Source: an uncultured Coriobacteriaceae bacterium (GTDB lineage: Bacteria > Actinomycetota > Coriobacteriia > Coriobacteriales > QAMH01). Taken from it: 62,062 nucleotides of DNA. The DNA lies in assembly GCA_964388185.1 (NCBI GenBank), contig CAYLYJ010000002.1, positions 1-62,062 on the forward strand. Direction: 5' to 3'. Each line of letters opens with the position of its first letter. The stretch's first letter is position 1. Of this stretch, positions 39,506 to 48,673 are shown piece after piece. The position numbers were made by a program, and so were the translations under genes. The notes under the pieces are model-generated. The model ran no database searches, was not told the DNA's origin, and saw only the letters and a program-made list of their open reading frames with translations.

Positions 39506-40660
39506 ATGAAAAAGCTAGCAATCATAGGGGCGTCTTCCTTCCAGAACCCCCTAATTCTGAAAGCCAAGGACATGGGCGTCGAGACTCACGTGTTTGCGTG
39601 GGAATGCGGCGATGTCGGCGAGAAATCTGCCGATTTTTTTCATCCGATCAGCATCGCCGAGAAAGATACCATTTTGCAGGTGTGTCGCGAGATTGGAGTC
39701 GATGGCATCGCGAGCATCGGTTCGGATTTCGCGAATGTCACGGTTGCCCATGTTGCCGACGCCATGGACCTAACGGCGAATAGCGTCGATTGCGTGGAGC
39801 GCAGCACGAACAAGCATACGATGCGGCGTACGTTTGAGGCACATGGCGATCCGTCGCCGCGCAGCGTTCTCGTAGATGCGGATTTCGATCTGTCCACCCT
39901 CGACCTGAGCTTCCCAATCATCGTAAAGCCTGCCGATCGGTCGGGAAGCAGGGGGATAACCAAGCTGGCTAGCGAGGAGGGCCTGCAGGAAGCCATAGCG
40001 CACGCGCTTTCCGAGAGCTTCAGCGACACGGCCGTCGTCGAGGAATATGTATCCGGGAGCGAGTATAGCGTCGAGGTGCTCTCCTGGGAAGGCGTGCATA
40101 CGTTGCTTGCCATTACGGAGAAGTTCACGACGGGTGCACCGTGTTTCATCGAGATGGGGCATCTGGAGCCTGCGCGTGTGAGCAGTCAGGTCGCGAAGGA
40201 TATCGAGGCCGTTGTCATGCACGCACTCGACAGTCTGGGCGTGATGTATGGTGCGTCGCACGCGGAGGTTAAGGTGTCCGAAGACGGCGCTGTGCGTATC
40301 ATCGAGATAGGCAGCCGCATGGGTGGTGACTGCATCGGTAGCGACTTGGTTAGGCTTTCCACGGGCTACGACTTTGTCGAGGCCGTGATAGATGTCGCGC
40401 TGGGCATCAAACCTCCTGCGGCAGACCGGCTCACCAAAAGACATGCCGCTGTGCGCTTCATCTTTTCAGATGATGATAAGGAGGCGCTTGAGCGTCTGCG
40501 CTGCGACGCTCCGGGCGTGCTTGCATTTGTGAGCCACATCGACGAAAACGAGCATGATATAACTGACAGCTCCTCTCGCTATGGGTATTTCATCTTCTCC
40601 TCGGATTCTCTCGAGGACGTCGAACCCTACCTCCCGTCACATCAGTACTCTGATCGGTGA
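39506..40660 (+). CDS. ATP-grasp domain enzyme (carboxylate-amine ligase type).
   Basis: ORF 39470..40660. The ATG at 39506 gives MKKLAIIGASSFQNPLI. The ATP-grasp core is FPIIVKPADRSGSRGI...VVEEYVSGSEYSVE...HAEVKV...IIEIGSRMGGD. Confidence 0.7.
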   Translation: MKKLAIIGASSFQNPLILKAKDMGVETHVFAWECGDVGEKSADFFHPISIAEKDTILQVCREIGVDGIASIGSDFANVTVAHVADAMDLTANSVDCVERSTNKHTMRRTFEAHGDPSPRSVLVDADFDLSTLDLSFPIIVKPADRSGSRGITKLASEEGLQEAIAHALSESFSDTAVVEEYVSGSEYSVEVLSWEGVHTLLAITEKFTTGAPCFIEMGHLEPARVSSQVAKDIEAVVMHALDSLGVMYGASHAEVKVSEDGAVRIIEIGSRMGGDCIGSDLVRLSTGYDFVEAVIDVALGIKPPAADRLTKRHAAVRFIFSDDDKEALERLRCDAPGVLAFVSHIDENEHDITDSSSRYGYFIFSSDSLEDVEPYLPSHQYSDR

Positions 40661-41034
40661 TGCTCGTGAGCACGCGCTTGAAGTCACTTTTTGCCCTCCA
40701 TATACTCCTCATGGTGTATTCCCTGAGTGGTGTGTTGAGCAAACTCGCGGCAGATGTCGACTTCTTTAGCCTCGAGTTCTGTGCCCTCTATGCGGGAATA
40801 CTCTTTCTCTTGGGCCTCTATGCCCTTGGCTGGCAGCAGATACTAAAGCGTCTGCCGCTCACCACGGCGTTTTCGAACAAGGCCGTGACCATCGTGTGGG
40901 GCATCATTTGGGGTCTCGTGTTCTTTGCCGAGCCTGTGACCATCCCCGAGGTCATCGGTGCGCTCATGATCATTGCTGGCGTCGTTTTGTACTCGCATGC
41001 TGATGCAGAAGTATCGGAGAAAAGCGATGAATGA
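40657..41034 (+). CDS. Small 4-TM EamA/SMR-like membrane protein. ArnE/ArnF-like candidate flippase subunit A.
   Basis: 125-aa ORF whose GTG/ATG start overlaps the upstream stop. It has four hydrophobic segments. Confidence 0.55.
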   Translation: MMLVSTRLKSLFALHILLMVYSLSGVLSKLAADVDFFSLEFCALYAGILFLLGLYALGWQQILKRLPLTTAFSNKAVTIVWGIIWGLVFFAEPVTIPEVIGALMIIAGVVLYSHADAEVSEKSDE

Positions 41035-41380
41035 GTCGATGCTCCTGTACTCCGGCATACTCCTTTTGGGAACCTTCATCAGCGCCGTCTCGCAGGTCAT
41101 CTTGAAAAAGGCGGCTCTGAAGAAATACGACTCTCGTATCAAGGAATACCTTAACTTTCCGGTCATATTCGCCTACACGCTTTTCGTGCTGACGACCTTC
41201 ATGTGCATCATCGCGTACCGGGTGATTCCGCTTTCTTTTGGCCCGGTGCTCGAATCGACGAGTTATATCTATGTCACGATATTCGGTGTTCTCATCTTCA
41301 AGGAGAAGGTGACTAAGAAGAAGCTTGCCGCCTTATGCCTGATACTTGCGGGCATCGTGGTCTACTCGTTTGGAATCTAG
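41027..41380 (+). CDS. Small 4-TM EamA/SMR-like membrane protein. ArnE/ArnF-like candidate flippase subunit B.
   Basis: ORF 40973..41380. The ATG at 41027 (MNESMLLYSG) overlaps the previous gene by 8 nt. It has four hydrophobic segments. Confidence 0.55.
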   Translation: MNESMLLYSGILLLGTFISAVSQVILKKAALKKYDSRIKEYLNFPVIFAYTLFVLTTFMCIIAYRVIPLSFGPVLESTSYIYVTIFGVLIFKEKVTKKKLAALCLILAGIVVYSFGI

Positions 41381-41386
41381 CGTAAG

Positions 41387-42829
41387 ATGTGTGCGATGAG
41401 ATGCAATGGGGACAAAGGCGTTATGGTAGATCGCGCAGCAGAAGTCGTGCTGCTGGTTGCGTGCTTTGCCCTGTATGCATGGTGGGCATGCAATTTGCCC
41501 CAGACCATGGCGCCTGACGAGCGGATGAGGTATTTCGTCCCCACGTTCATCTACGAGAACGGCTGCTTGCCTCTAGGTGATGACCCTGCCATACGCGATG
41601 AGGTGTGGGGAACCTCATATGGGTTTTCTGTCTATGGCTCTTCGCTGCTTGCAGTTCTGTTCATGAGCGTTGCTGGCTTCTTTGGGGCGACGGGGCAATC
41701 ATTGCTCATCGCGGCTCGCTTTACGAGCGTGCTGTTTTCGGTAGGGTCCGTGTTTTTGTGCCTGCGCATCGGTGCGCGTCTTTTCCCTCGTGTCGTTACG
41801 GCCAAGTTCATGCTCGCGCTCTTCGTGGGCCTTCTTCCGCAATTTGTCTTCATCTCCTCGTATTTCAATTCCGATGCGATGGAGGTCTTCTGCGTTGCTC
41901 TGGTTGTCTATTGCTGGCTGCGAGGCGGGCAATCGCATTGGCGATGGGGAGATTGTGTCTTTCTGGGCTTTGCACTGGGCTTAACCGCGCTCAGCTACTA
42001 CTACGCATATGGCGCCATCCTCGCAAGCATCTTCGTGTATTACGCGAGCACGTGCGCTGTGAGAAAGAAAGACGGGGCTAAGGCGGACGGCGCGGCCGTT
42101 TCCTATGTCTGCAAGCCCCTTCTTATCTTTCTCGTCGCCTTTGCTATCGCGGGGTGGTTCTTCGTGAGGAACGTCCTTTTGTATAACGGCGATTTTTTCG
42201 GGATGACCGCGAGTTCTGTGACGGCAGAAATGTATGCGCAGGATAATCTTAAACCGTCAAATCGGGTGACACCGCGTGCAGACGGAATGTCTATTTTGGA
42301 TATGCTTTGGGGTGTTCACGGCGGTCTAAATTGGCTTTCTTCCACAATCAAGAGTTTTGTAGGCATTTTTGGATATATGTATATTCCACTTGGCAAGACC
42401 ACGTATTATGTTTATTTCGCATTGCTGGGTATTGGCTTACTTTTGTCTTTTATCTGCTTATTGCTTTGTGCGATGCGCCTATCTACCCAAAAAAAAGTAT
42501 TTATAATTGGATTGTCTGTGCTGATTATTGTTCCCTGCGCGCTGAGCATCTACTACTCGTGGGCAAGTGATTATGAGCCCCAGGGACGTTACCTGTTTGC
42601 CGCGCTCGTCCCTATCATGATTGCAATCGTGACAGGATATCTTTGGATTGCGAGTCTTTTCACATCCCGTCGTCTGAAACGCGACAAGCAGATTGCGCAG
42701 GCGCAACCAGCTTGTGTGAACGTCGCGCAAATCGTGCTGCCGTGTGCACTCATGGCAGTGTGGCTATTCCTATTCGTCTGGGTGTTCGCAACCCGGATCG
42801 TCATCGAGTGTATTGGTCCTGTGCTATAG
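41387..42829 (+). CDS. GT-C fold membrane glycosyltransferase (ArnT/PMT-like).
   Basis: 480-aa ORF with more than 10 TM segments. The first predicted loop carries MAPDERMRYF, which resembles the ArnT/PMT acidic loop motif. Confidence 0.6.
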   Translation: MCAMRCNGDKGVMVDRAAEVVLLVACFALYAWWACNLPQTMAPDERMRYFVPTFIYENGCLPLGDDPAIRDEVWGTSYGFSVYGSSLLAVLFMSVAGFFGATGQSLLIAARFTSVLFSVGSVFLCLRIGARLFPRVVTAKFMLALFVGLLPQFVFISSYFNSDAMEVFCVALVVYCWLRGGQSHWRWGDCVFLGFALGLTALSYYYAYGAILASIFVYYASTCAVRKKDGAKADGAAVSYVCKPLLIFLVAFAIAGWFFVRNVLLYNGDFFGMTASSVTAEMYAQDNLKPSNRVTPRADGMSILDMLWGVHGGLNWLSSTIKSFVGIFGYMYIPLGKTTYYVYFALLGIGLLLSFICLLLCAMRLSTQKKVFIIGLSVLIIVPCALSIYYSWASDYEPQGRYLFAALVPIMIAIVTGYLWIASLFTSRRLKRDKQIAQAQPACVNVAQIVLPCALMAVWLFLFVWVFATRIVIECIGPVL

Positions 42830-42923
42830 CCGGCATCATTTACATGATGTTGTATTGCAAACTTTGAGATACTATGCATCAAGCAAGAGACTGCATTGTT
42901 TTTTTGGGAGAACGAGCTAGAGC

Positions 42924-43607
42924 GTGCAATCGAAGGTCCTCCTCATAATTCCCGCGTATAACGAGGAAGCAAACATCGCCCGAGTTGTCGATACGCTCGA
43001 GGCAGATTATCCTCAATATGACTACGTCGTGATAAACGATGGTTCGAAGGACGATACGGCCATTGTCTGCCGCGAGCATGGGTTTCGCTTTCTTGACCTG
43101 CCCATCAATCTGGGACTCGCGGGCGCTTTTCAGGCGGGGCTCAAATACGCGTTCAACCACGATTACGATTGCGCCATTCAGTTCGATGCCGACGGTCAGC
43201 ATCGCCCGGAGTATGTCGCCGACATGGTCGCTGCTCTGGCCGACAATGACATCGTCATCGGTTCGCGCTTTGTCGACGAGCCTAAGCCCAAGAGCATGCG
43301 CATGTTCGGCAACAACCTTATCGAAGCGATGATAAGGATCACGACGGGCAAGACCATCAAGGATCCTACTTCAGGCATGCGTGCATACAACCGCCGCATG
43401 ATAAAGGAGCTCGCGTTTGGACCCAATCTTGGCCCCGAGCCTGATACGCTCGCGTATCTCATTCGCAAGAAGAACGCCAAGGTCACCGAGGTCCAGGTTT
43501 CGATGGACGAGCGCACTGCTGGCGAAAGTTACCTGAACTTCAGGACTTCGACCTCGTACATGGCACGCATGGCCCTGTCCGTCTTGCTCATCCAATTCTT
43601 TAGGTAA
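42924..43607 (+). CDS. GT2 glycosyltransferase (short DPM1/GtrB-like form without TM helices).
   Basis: 227-aa ORF with a GTG start. Motifs LIIPAYNEE...VVINDGSKDDT...QFDADGQH are present. Confidence 0.75.
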   Translation: MQSKVLLIIPAYNEEANIARVVDTLEADYPQYDYVVINDGSKDDTAIVCREHGFRFLDLPINLGLAGAFQAGLKYAFNHDYDCAIQFDADGQHRPEYVADMVAALADNDIVIGSRFVDEPKPKSMRMFGNNLIEAMIRITTGKTIKDPTSGMRAYNRRMIKELAFGPNLGPEPDTLAYLIRKKNAKVTEVQVSMDERTAGESYLNFRTSTSYMARMALSVLLIQFFR

Positions 43608-43618
43608 GGTGATATGAC

Positions 43619-43987
43619 GTGTCCCTTGCTTTGCGAATCATCTTGATATTGGCGGCAATCGGTCTCATCGCCTTTTTGCTTCACAGCATCAAAAAGTCCA
43701 AGATGAGCATCGAGGATTCCCTGTTCTGGACGGGTTTCTCGCTCCTCATTTTACTGATGAGCGTCTTTCCGGAAATACCCTCGTTTCTTTCGGATACCAT
43801 CGGCTTTATCTCGCCGGTAAACTTTGTCTTCCTCTTCTTCATCTTCATATTGATTGTTCGTGACTTTCTCTCCAATAGGCGCATTTCCCAGCTTGAGAAT
43901 CGCGTCAAGGAGCTGACTCAGCAAATTGCGCTCGATCGCCTCGATCACTATCAGCGCAGGCACCTTGACGAGACGGACGAGGAGTAG
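43619..43987 (+). CDS. Small membrane protein (DUF2304-like) that commonly partners such GT2 enzymes.
   Basis: 122-aa ORF with a GTG start after AAGGTGA. It has three hydrophobic segments and a charged coiled C-terminus. Confidence 0.5.
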   Translation: MSLALRIILILAAIGLIAFLLHSIKKSKMSIEDSLFWTGFSLLILLMSVFPEIPSFLSDTIGFISPVNFVFLFFIFILIVRDFLSNRRISQLENRVKELTQQIALDRLDHYQRRHLDETDEE

Positions 43988-43996
43988 TGCTCCATA

Positions 43997-45139
43997 TTGG
44001 GGCAAACGCATACATACGCGATATTCTCCGCGCTCTACGCGCCTCATACCGGAGGCGTCGAGACATTCACGCAGCGCCTTGCTCATCAGCTCGTCGAGCA
44101 GGGCAATCGCGTCATCGTGGTGACATCCAGGGTCGATATGCACGCGCCTGCGCACGAGGCACAAGATGATGGCGTCGAGGTATATCGCTTGCCGTGCAAT
44201 CCGCTATTGGGCGGACGCTTGCCCATTTCGCGCAAGAATGCGGAATACGGACGCATGCTCGCAGAGCTTGCTGATTCTGCAATCGAGAGGGTGCTCGTCA
44301 ACACTCGTTTTTACCGGCATTCCCTCGAGGGCGTGCGCTTTGCCAAGCGCGTTGGCGCTCCCGTAATCGTGCTCGATCACGGTTCGGCTCACTTGACGCT
44401 TGGGAGCACGGTTGTCGATCGGTTTGTCGAACAATATGAGCATGCGATTACCAGACGCATGAAGAAGCTTACTCCAGCTTTCGCGGGCATTTCGCGCGCG
44501 AGCGCCGATTGGCTGGCGCACTTTGGCATCGAGACGTCGGCAGTCATTCCCAACGCAATTGATGTCGAGCAGTTCAGAAATGCTGCATCGGGGCGTGAGT
44601 TTCGTGCTGAACTCGACGCGAGGGATAAGGCGCTCGTTGCGTTTGTCGGACGCCTCGAACCCGAGAAGGGTGCGCTTGCGCTTGTGCAGGCTGCTCCCTT
44701 GCTAGGTGATGCGTATGTGCTTGCCCTGGCAGGTGATGGTAGTCAGCGTGCCCAAATAGAGGAGCTACGTGCAGATAACGTCATTTTGCTCGGCCAGCTC
44801 GGCCAGCCCGACCTTTCGGCGCTATTGCGCGATGCGGATGTCTTTTGTCTGCCTACGCGCTCTGAGGGGTTTTGCACGTCGCTTCTGGAAGCAGCCGCGC
44901 AGGGTGTTGTTCCCGTCATGCCGCATGTGGGCGGAACTGATGAGGTCATGGGATGGGAGCCGATACGTTTTGGCGTGATGCTCGATGATGACGAGCCAGA
45001 AACCATTGCGCAAGCGATACGTGAAGCTGTTGAGCAAGATGGTATTGCTGCGCAAGAGCTTAGGGAGCATGTCGCAATGGATTGCTCGTGGGACGCGACG
45101 GTAAAGGCGCTGGAGGATGCGTTCGCGTCTATCGCATAA
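43997..45139 (+). CDS. GT4 (GT-B fold) glycosyltransferase.
   Basis: 380-aa ORF with a TTG start. Motifs YAPHTGGVETF and the C-terminal PTRSEGFCTSLLEAAAQG (E-x7-E type) are present. Confidence 0.75.
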   Translation: MGQTHTYAIFSALYAPHTGGVETFTQRLAHQLVEQGNRVIVVTSRVDMHAPAHEAQDDGVEVYRLPCNPLLGGRLPISRKNAEYGRMLAELADSAIERVLVNTRFYRHSLEGVRFAKRVGAPVIVLDHGSAHLTLGSTVVDRFVEQYEHAITRRMKKLTPAFAGISRASADWLAHFGIETSAVIPNAIDVEQFRNAASGREFRAELDARDKALVAFVGRLEPEKGALALVQAAPLLGDAYVLALAGDGSQRAQIEELRADNVILLGQLGQPDLSALLRDADVFCLPTRSEGFCTSLLEAAAQGVVPVMPHVGGTDEVMGWEPIRFGVMLDDDEPETIAQAIREAVEQDGIAAQELREHVAMDCSWDATVKALEDAFASIA

Positions 45140-45980
45140 CGTCGACACCATCGCCAAAGTCGAGGATGAGTGGAGCATGGGTGTAGCGATCCTCTTCGGG
45201 TGGCAGCTGCATGTAATCGCCGTATTCCGTCTTGAGATATGCGTCGCAGTCATGAGGCCCGCGTAAGGTGAGTCCGTCAAATGCGATGTCCTTGGTGGGG
45301 AAGAGGGTGTTGGAATCAAAGGTCCCGTAGTTCGTGTAGACCGCGCTCGTCCATTGTTCGGACGGATTGCTCGTATCAAATGCGTGGTCTATTTCTGCCT
45401 GCAGACCGGCCACGCTCCACGTGCGGGCAATGGTGTTGTGAACTATCTTGCAACCTAGCATGACAAGAGGGCGCAGCGGGGTGCTCGCTGGCAGCTTGGG
45501 GCGCGAGAAATGCTTGAGATACGACTTGAGCTGCGCCATACGGGCCCTACGGCATTGTTCTTGGGCGGCATCCGCGTTTGCGTCGAGGCGGCAAAACGGG
45601 AAGATGTCCACGAAGATGCCCTGCTCGCAGCCGGCTTCGGCGCAGTTGTCATCGATGAAACGCGTACCGTCTTTGAACACCTTTGCCCATAGCGGTGAGA
45701 AACCCTCAGTGTTCGTAGATGTGTGAAGCGAGTATCCATCAGGGAGCAATGCGGGCGCGAGCTTGCAGAAACGGTCGTAATCGGATTTGGGCATGCCCAA
45801 GTCAACGTCATCGTCCCAGGGGATAAAGCCGCCATGACGTATGGCCCCTAGTAGCGTGCCGCCGTCGATGAAGTAGTCGATGTCGTTTTCGCGGCATATC
45901 TTGTCGATGACGGATAGGATCTCACGCTCGGTCGTCTGGAGGCGCTTGAGCGAATCCGCAGGATAGGGTGACGTGCTCAT
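45129..45980 (-). CDS. licD: LicD-family phosphotransferase (phosphocholine or polyol-phosphate transferase).
   Basis: 283-aa ORF containing EILSVIDKICRENDIDYFIDGGTLLGAIRHGGFIPWDDDVDLGM. Confidence 0.8.
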   Translation of the reverse strand: MSTSPYPADSLKRLQTTEREILSVIDKICRENDIDYFIDGGTLLGAIRHGGFIPWDDDVDLGMPKSDYDRFCKLAPALLPDGYSLHTSTNTEGFSPLWAKVFKDGTRFIDDNCAEAGCEQGIFVDIFPFCRLDANADAAQEQCRRARMAQLKSYLKHFSRPKLPASTPLRPLVMLGCKIVHNTIARTWSVAGLQAEIDHAFDTSNPSEQWTSAVYTNYGTFDSNTLFPTKDIAFDGLTLRGPHDCDAYLKTEYGDYMQLPPEEDRYTHAPLILDFGDGVDVMR

Positions 45981-46118
45981 AAAGCCTCATTTCTAGTGGT
46001 GATGATATATAGGCGACCGTGAACCTCACGCCTATTCTGCTATCATCTGTGTGCAAATAACAGGTACTCGGACAAATGTAGATGATATGACATTACTACA
46101 TCAAAATGATGGGAAGTC

Positions 46119-48563
46119 ATGCATATGAAATTTGGAATCATTACACGCGGCGATAAAAAGATATACATATCGCTGACGGCATCATGTCCCAAGGGCGGTC
46201 GACTCCTCGCTGAATCATACGCCAAAGGTGCAGGCGTTGTCCCTGCTCTTATCGCCACGAGAGACGAAACACGTGGTGAGTATGTTCTCATCTTGCCTGC
46301 ACTTCGCGTCGGTCAGGAGGTTATGGTCCGTGTGCTTGATGCCGATGGCACGATTGTCGACACGGCAAAGCGTAATTTCGGGCATTTTGCGAGTGCATTT
46401 TCCAGTAAATTCAATACGTTCAGTAAAAAGTCAATGGTGGACGACATCCGTAACTTCGATAGATACGGTCGAAGTGATGTCTCCGAGATCGAGCTGAAAC
46501 GTCTGTGCGCTTTTGGTCCGGAAGCGGACGGCAGTGAGTTAATCCAGATCATGATTGTGACGCATTGCGACAGCCAAACGACATACAAGACACCCCTTTC
46601 AGTGTCTGTGTTCGACCGTCAGGGAAGGCAAATAGAGATAGAGAACTTGACCTTTTTGAGCGATAGAATTGATCATCCGGTACCTGGCTCCAATTTCTCG
46701 CGCCGGATTATTTATGCTTCGTTTCGCAAAATGCATAGTGAGGATTGGTTTTACATATGGGCGCGTTTTGAAGACGACGCGCTTCCGGAGGGCTTTCTCG
46801 GGATTGACGGAGCAAAGTGTGCTGAGATTCGCGAATGGTCCGAGAACGCGGCACAGGGAACGGCTGCGAGTAGCTCCTATGAAGGCTGGTTTTATAGCAC
46901 ACAAAAGAAAGCGCCGGCGGAGCTCGATGCGCAGAGGACAGCACATTTCGAAATCGAACCCACATTTTCGATTATCGTGCCGTTATATAAGACCCCGGTC
47001 CAGTTCTTCGAGGAGATGTGCGCCTCGGTGCTCGGACAGACGTATGCGAAGTTCGAGCTCATTCTTGTAAACTCCAGTCCCGAAGACAAGGCTCTGGGCG
47101 CTGCCGTTGCCAGATGTGTAGCTTCGGACAGCCGCATACGCGTCATCACTCTTGACAAGAATCTGGGTATTGCCGGCAATACCAATAAGGGAATTCGTGC
47201 TGCAATCGGTGATTTCCTTTGCTTTTTCGATCATGATGACGTGCTTGAGCCCAACATTCTTTTCGAGTATGTTGACGCACTCAACCGATATCCCGAGACT
47301 GACCTATTCTATTGCGACGAGGACAAACTGACCGATGGCTATTTGTATGATGGTTTTCTTAAACCTGATTTTAGCTGGGAGTTCCTGACAACAAACAATT
47401 ACGTCTGCCATCTTCTCGCTGTTCGTAAGTCGATTGTTGATACCGTCGAGCTTTCTCCGAATGAGCTTTCAGGTGTTCAGGACTGGGACATGACCATGAA
47501 AGTTGCGGAAAAGGCACGCAATATCTTTCACGTGCGCAAGGTGCTTTACCATTGGAGAGTCCATGGGCAATCAACAGCGAGCGGATCTGGCGCCAAGTCT
47601 TATACGCATGCTGCCGGTGAGCTCGCTCTGCTCAATCATTTCGAGCGTATTAATATTCCCGTATGCATCCATGACGGCTATGCGGAAAATCGACACCGGG
47701 TTGAGTATCTTCTTCCAGAGCAAGAGGATCTGGTTTCGATTGTCATTCCGAACAAGGATCACGTGGATATGTTGTCGCGTTGCCTTGATTCGATTAGGAA
47801 TAGGTCAACGTATCAAAATATCGAGATTATTGTTGTCGAGAATAACAGCACCGAAGATGAAACCTTCGCTTATTACGAACGCCTGCAAGCTGAGCATGAC
47901 GATGTTAAGGTTGTTTTCTACAGTGGCTCGTTTAACTTCGCGGCAATCTGCAATTTTGGTGTGAGACATTCCCAAGGTGTATACCTGCTCTTTTTGAATA
48001 ATGATATGGAAGTTATCACCCCAAATTGGATCGAACTCCTGATAGGCCCACTGCAACGCCCGGAAGTTGCGGTTGCAGGGGCAAAACTTCTCTATCCCGA
48101 TGATACGATTCAACATGCGGGTGTTGTCATACCCAAGAGTGGCCCGATGCATGTCGAGTGCATGATTCCAAGTAACGATCCTGGCTATTTCGGGATAATC
48201 CAAAATGCCCGTGACGTGTTGGCGGTCACGGGCGCATGTCTCATGACGCGACGTGAGGATTTTGATTGCATAAACGGTTTTGACGAGGACTTCATTGTGA
48301 ATTACAACGATGTCGATCTCTGCCTACGCCTTCGAGCGCAGGGCAAGAGCGTGGTAATGGTTCCATTCGTCGAGCTTTATCATTACGAATCTGTTTCAAG
48401 GGGCTCTCTGGAATCGAATGGTAATCTCATGCGGTGCATGCGCGAGCTTTCGCTTTTGCAACAGCGGTGGTTGCCCTATTTTGTCGAAGGCGATCCATTC
48501 TATGGGGTAAACATAAAAAAGGATTCACCGTATTACGTACTTGATTGGAATGTGCGCGCATAG
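46119..48563 (+). CDS. Large glycosyltransferase with an N-terminal accessory domain and two GT2 domains. The gene has low GC.
   Basis: 814-aa ORF. Motifs FSIIVPLYKTP...GQTYAKFELILVNSSPED...FFDHDD and VSIVIPNKDHV...YQNIEIIVVENNS are present. Sampled lines are ~40% GC. Confidence 0.75.
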   Translation: MHMKFGIITRGDKKIYISLTASCPKGGRLLAESYAKGAGVVPALIATRDETRGEYVLILPALRVGQEVMVRVLDADGTIVDTAKRNFGHFASAFSSKFNTFSKKSMVDDIRNFDRYGRSDVSEIELKRLCAFGPEADGSELIQIMIVTHCDSQTTYKTPLSVSVFDRQGRQIEIENLTFLSDRIDHPVPGSNFSRRIIYASFRKMHSEDWFYIWARFEDDALPEGFLGIDGAKCAEIREWSENAAQGTAASSSYEGWFYSTQKKAPAELDAQRTAHFEIEPTFSIIVPLYKTPVQFFEEMCASVLGQTYAKFELILVNSSPEDKALGAAVARCVASDSRIRVITLDKNLGIAGNTNKGIRAAIGDFLCFFDHDDVLEPNILFEYVDALNRYPETDLFYCDEDKLTDGYLYDGFLKPDFSWEFLTTNNYVCHLLAVRKSIVDTVELSPNELSGVQDWDMTMKVAEKARNIFHVRKVLYHWRVHGQSTASGSGAKSYTHAAGELALLNHFERINIPVCIHDGYAENRHRVEYLLPEQEDLVSIVIPNKDHVDMLSRCLDSIRNRSTYQNIEIIVVENNSTEDETFAYYERLQAEHDDVKVVFYSGSFNFAAICNFGVRHSQGVYLLFLNNDMEVITPNWIELLIGPLQRPEVAVAGAKLLYPDDTIQHAGVVIPKSGPMHVECMIPSNDPGYFGIIQNARDVLAVTGACLMTRREDFDCINGFDEDFIVNYNDVDLCLRLRAQGKSVVMVPFVELYHYESVSRGSLESNGNLMRCMRELSLLQQRWLPYFVEGDPFYGVNIKKDSPYYVLDWNVRA

Positions 48564-48673
48564 ACGATGTCGCTCGCAAATTATGTAAACCAGTTGCAGG
48601 AGCGTCATGTCACGTGTCACGGCTCTGTGCTAGCATCGCGTGTGTGGTATCGAGGCTAGGGAGTGATTGTTTC

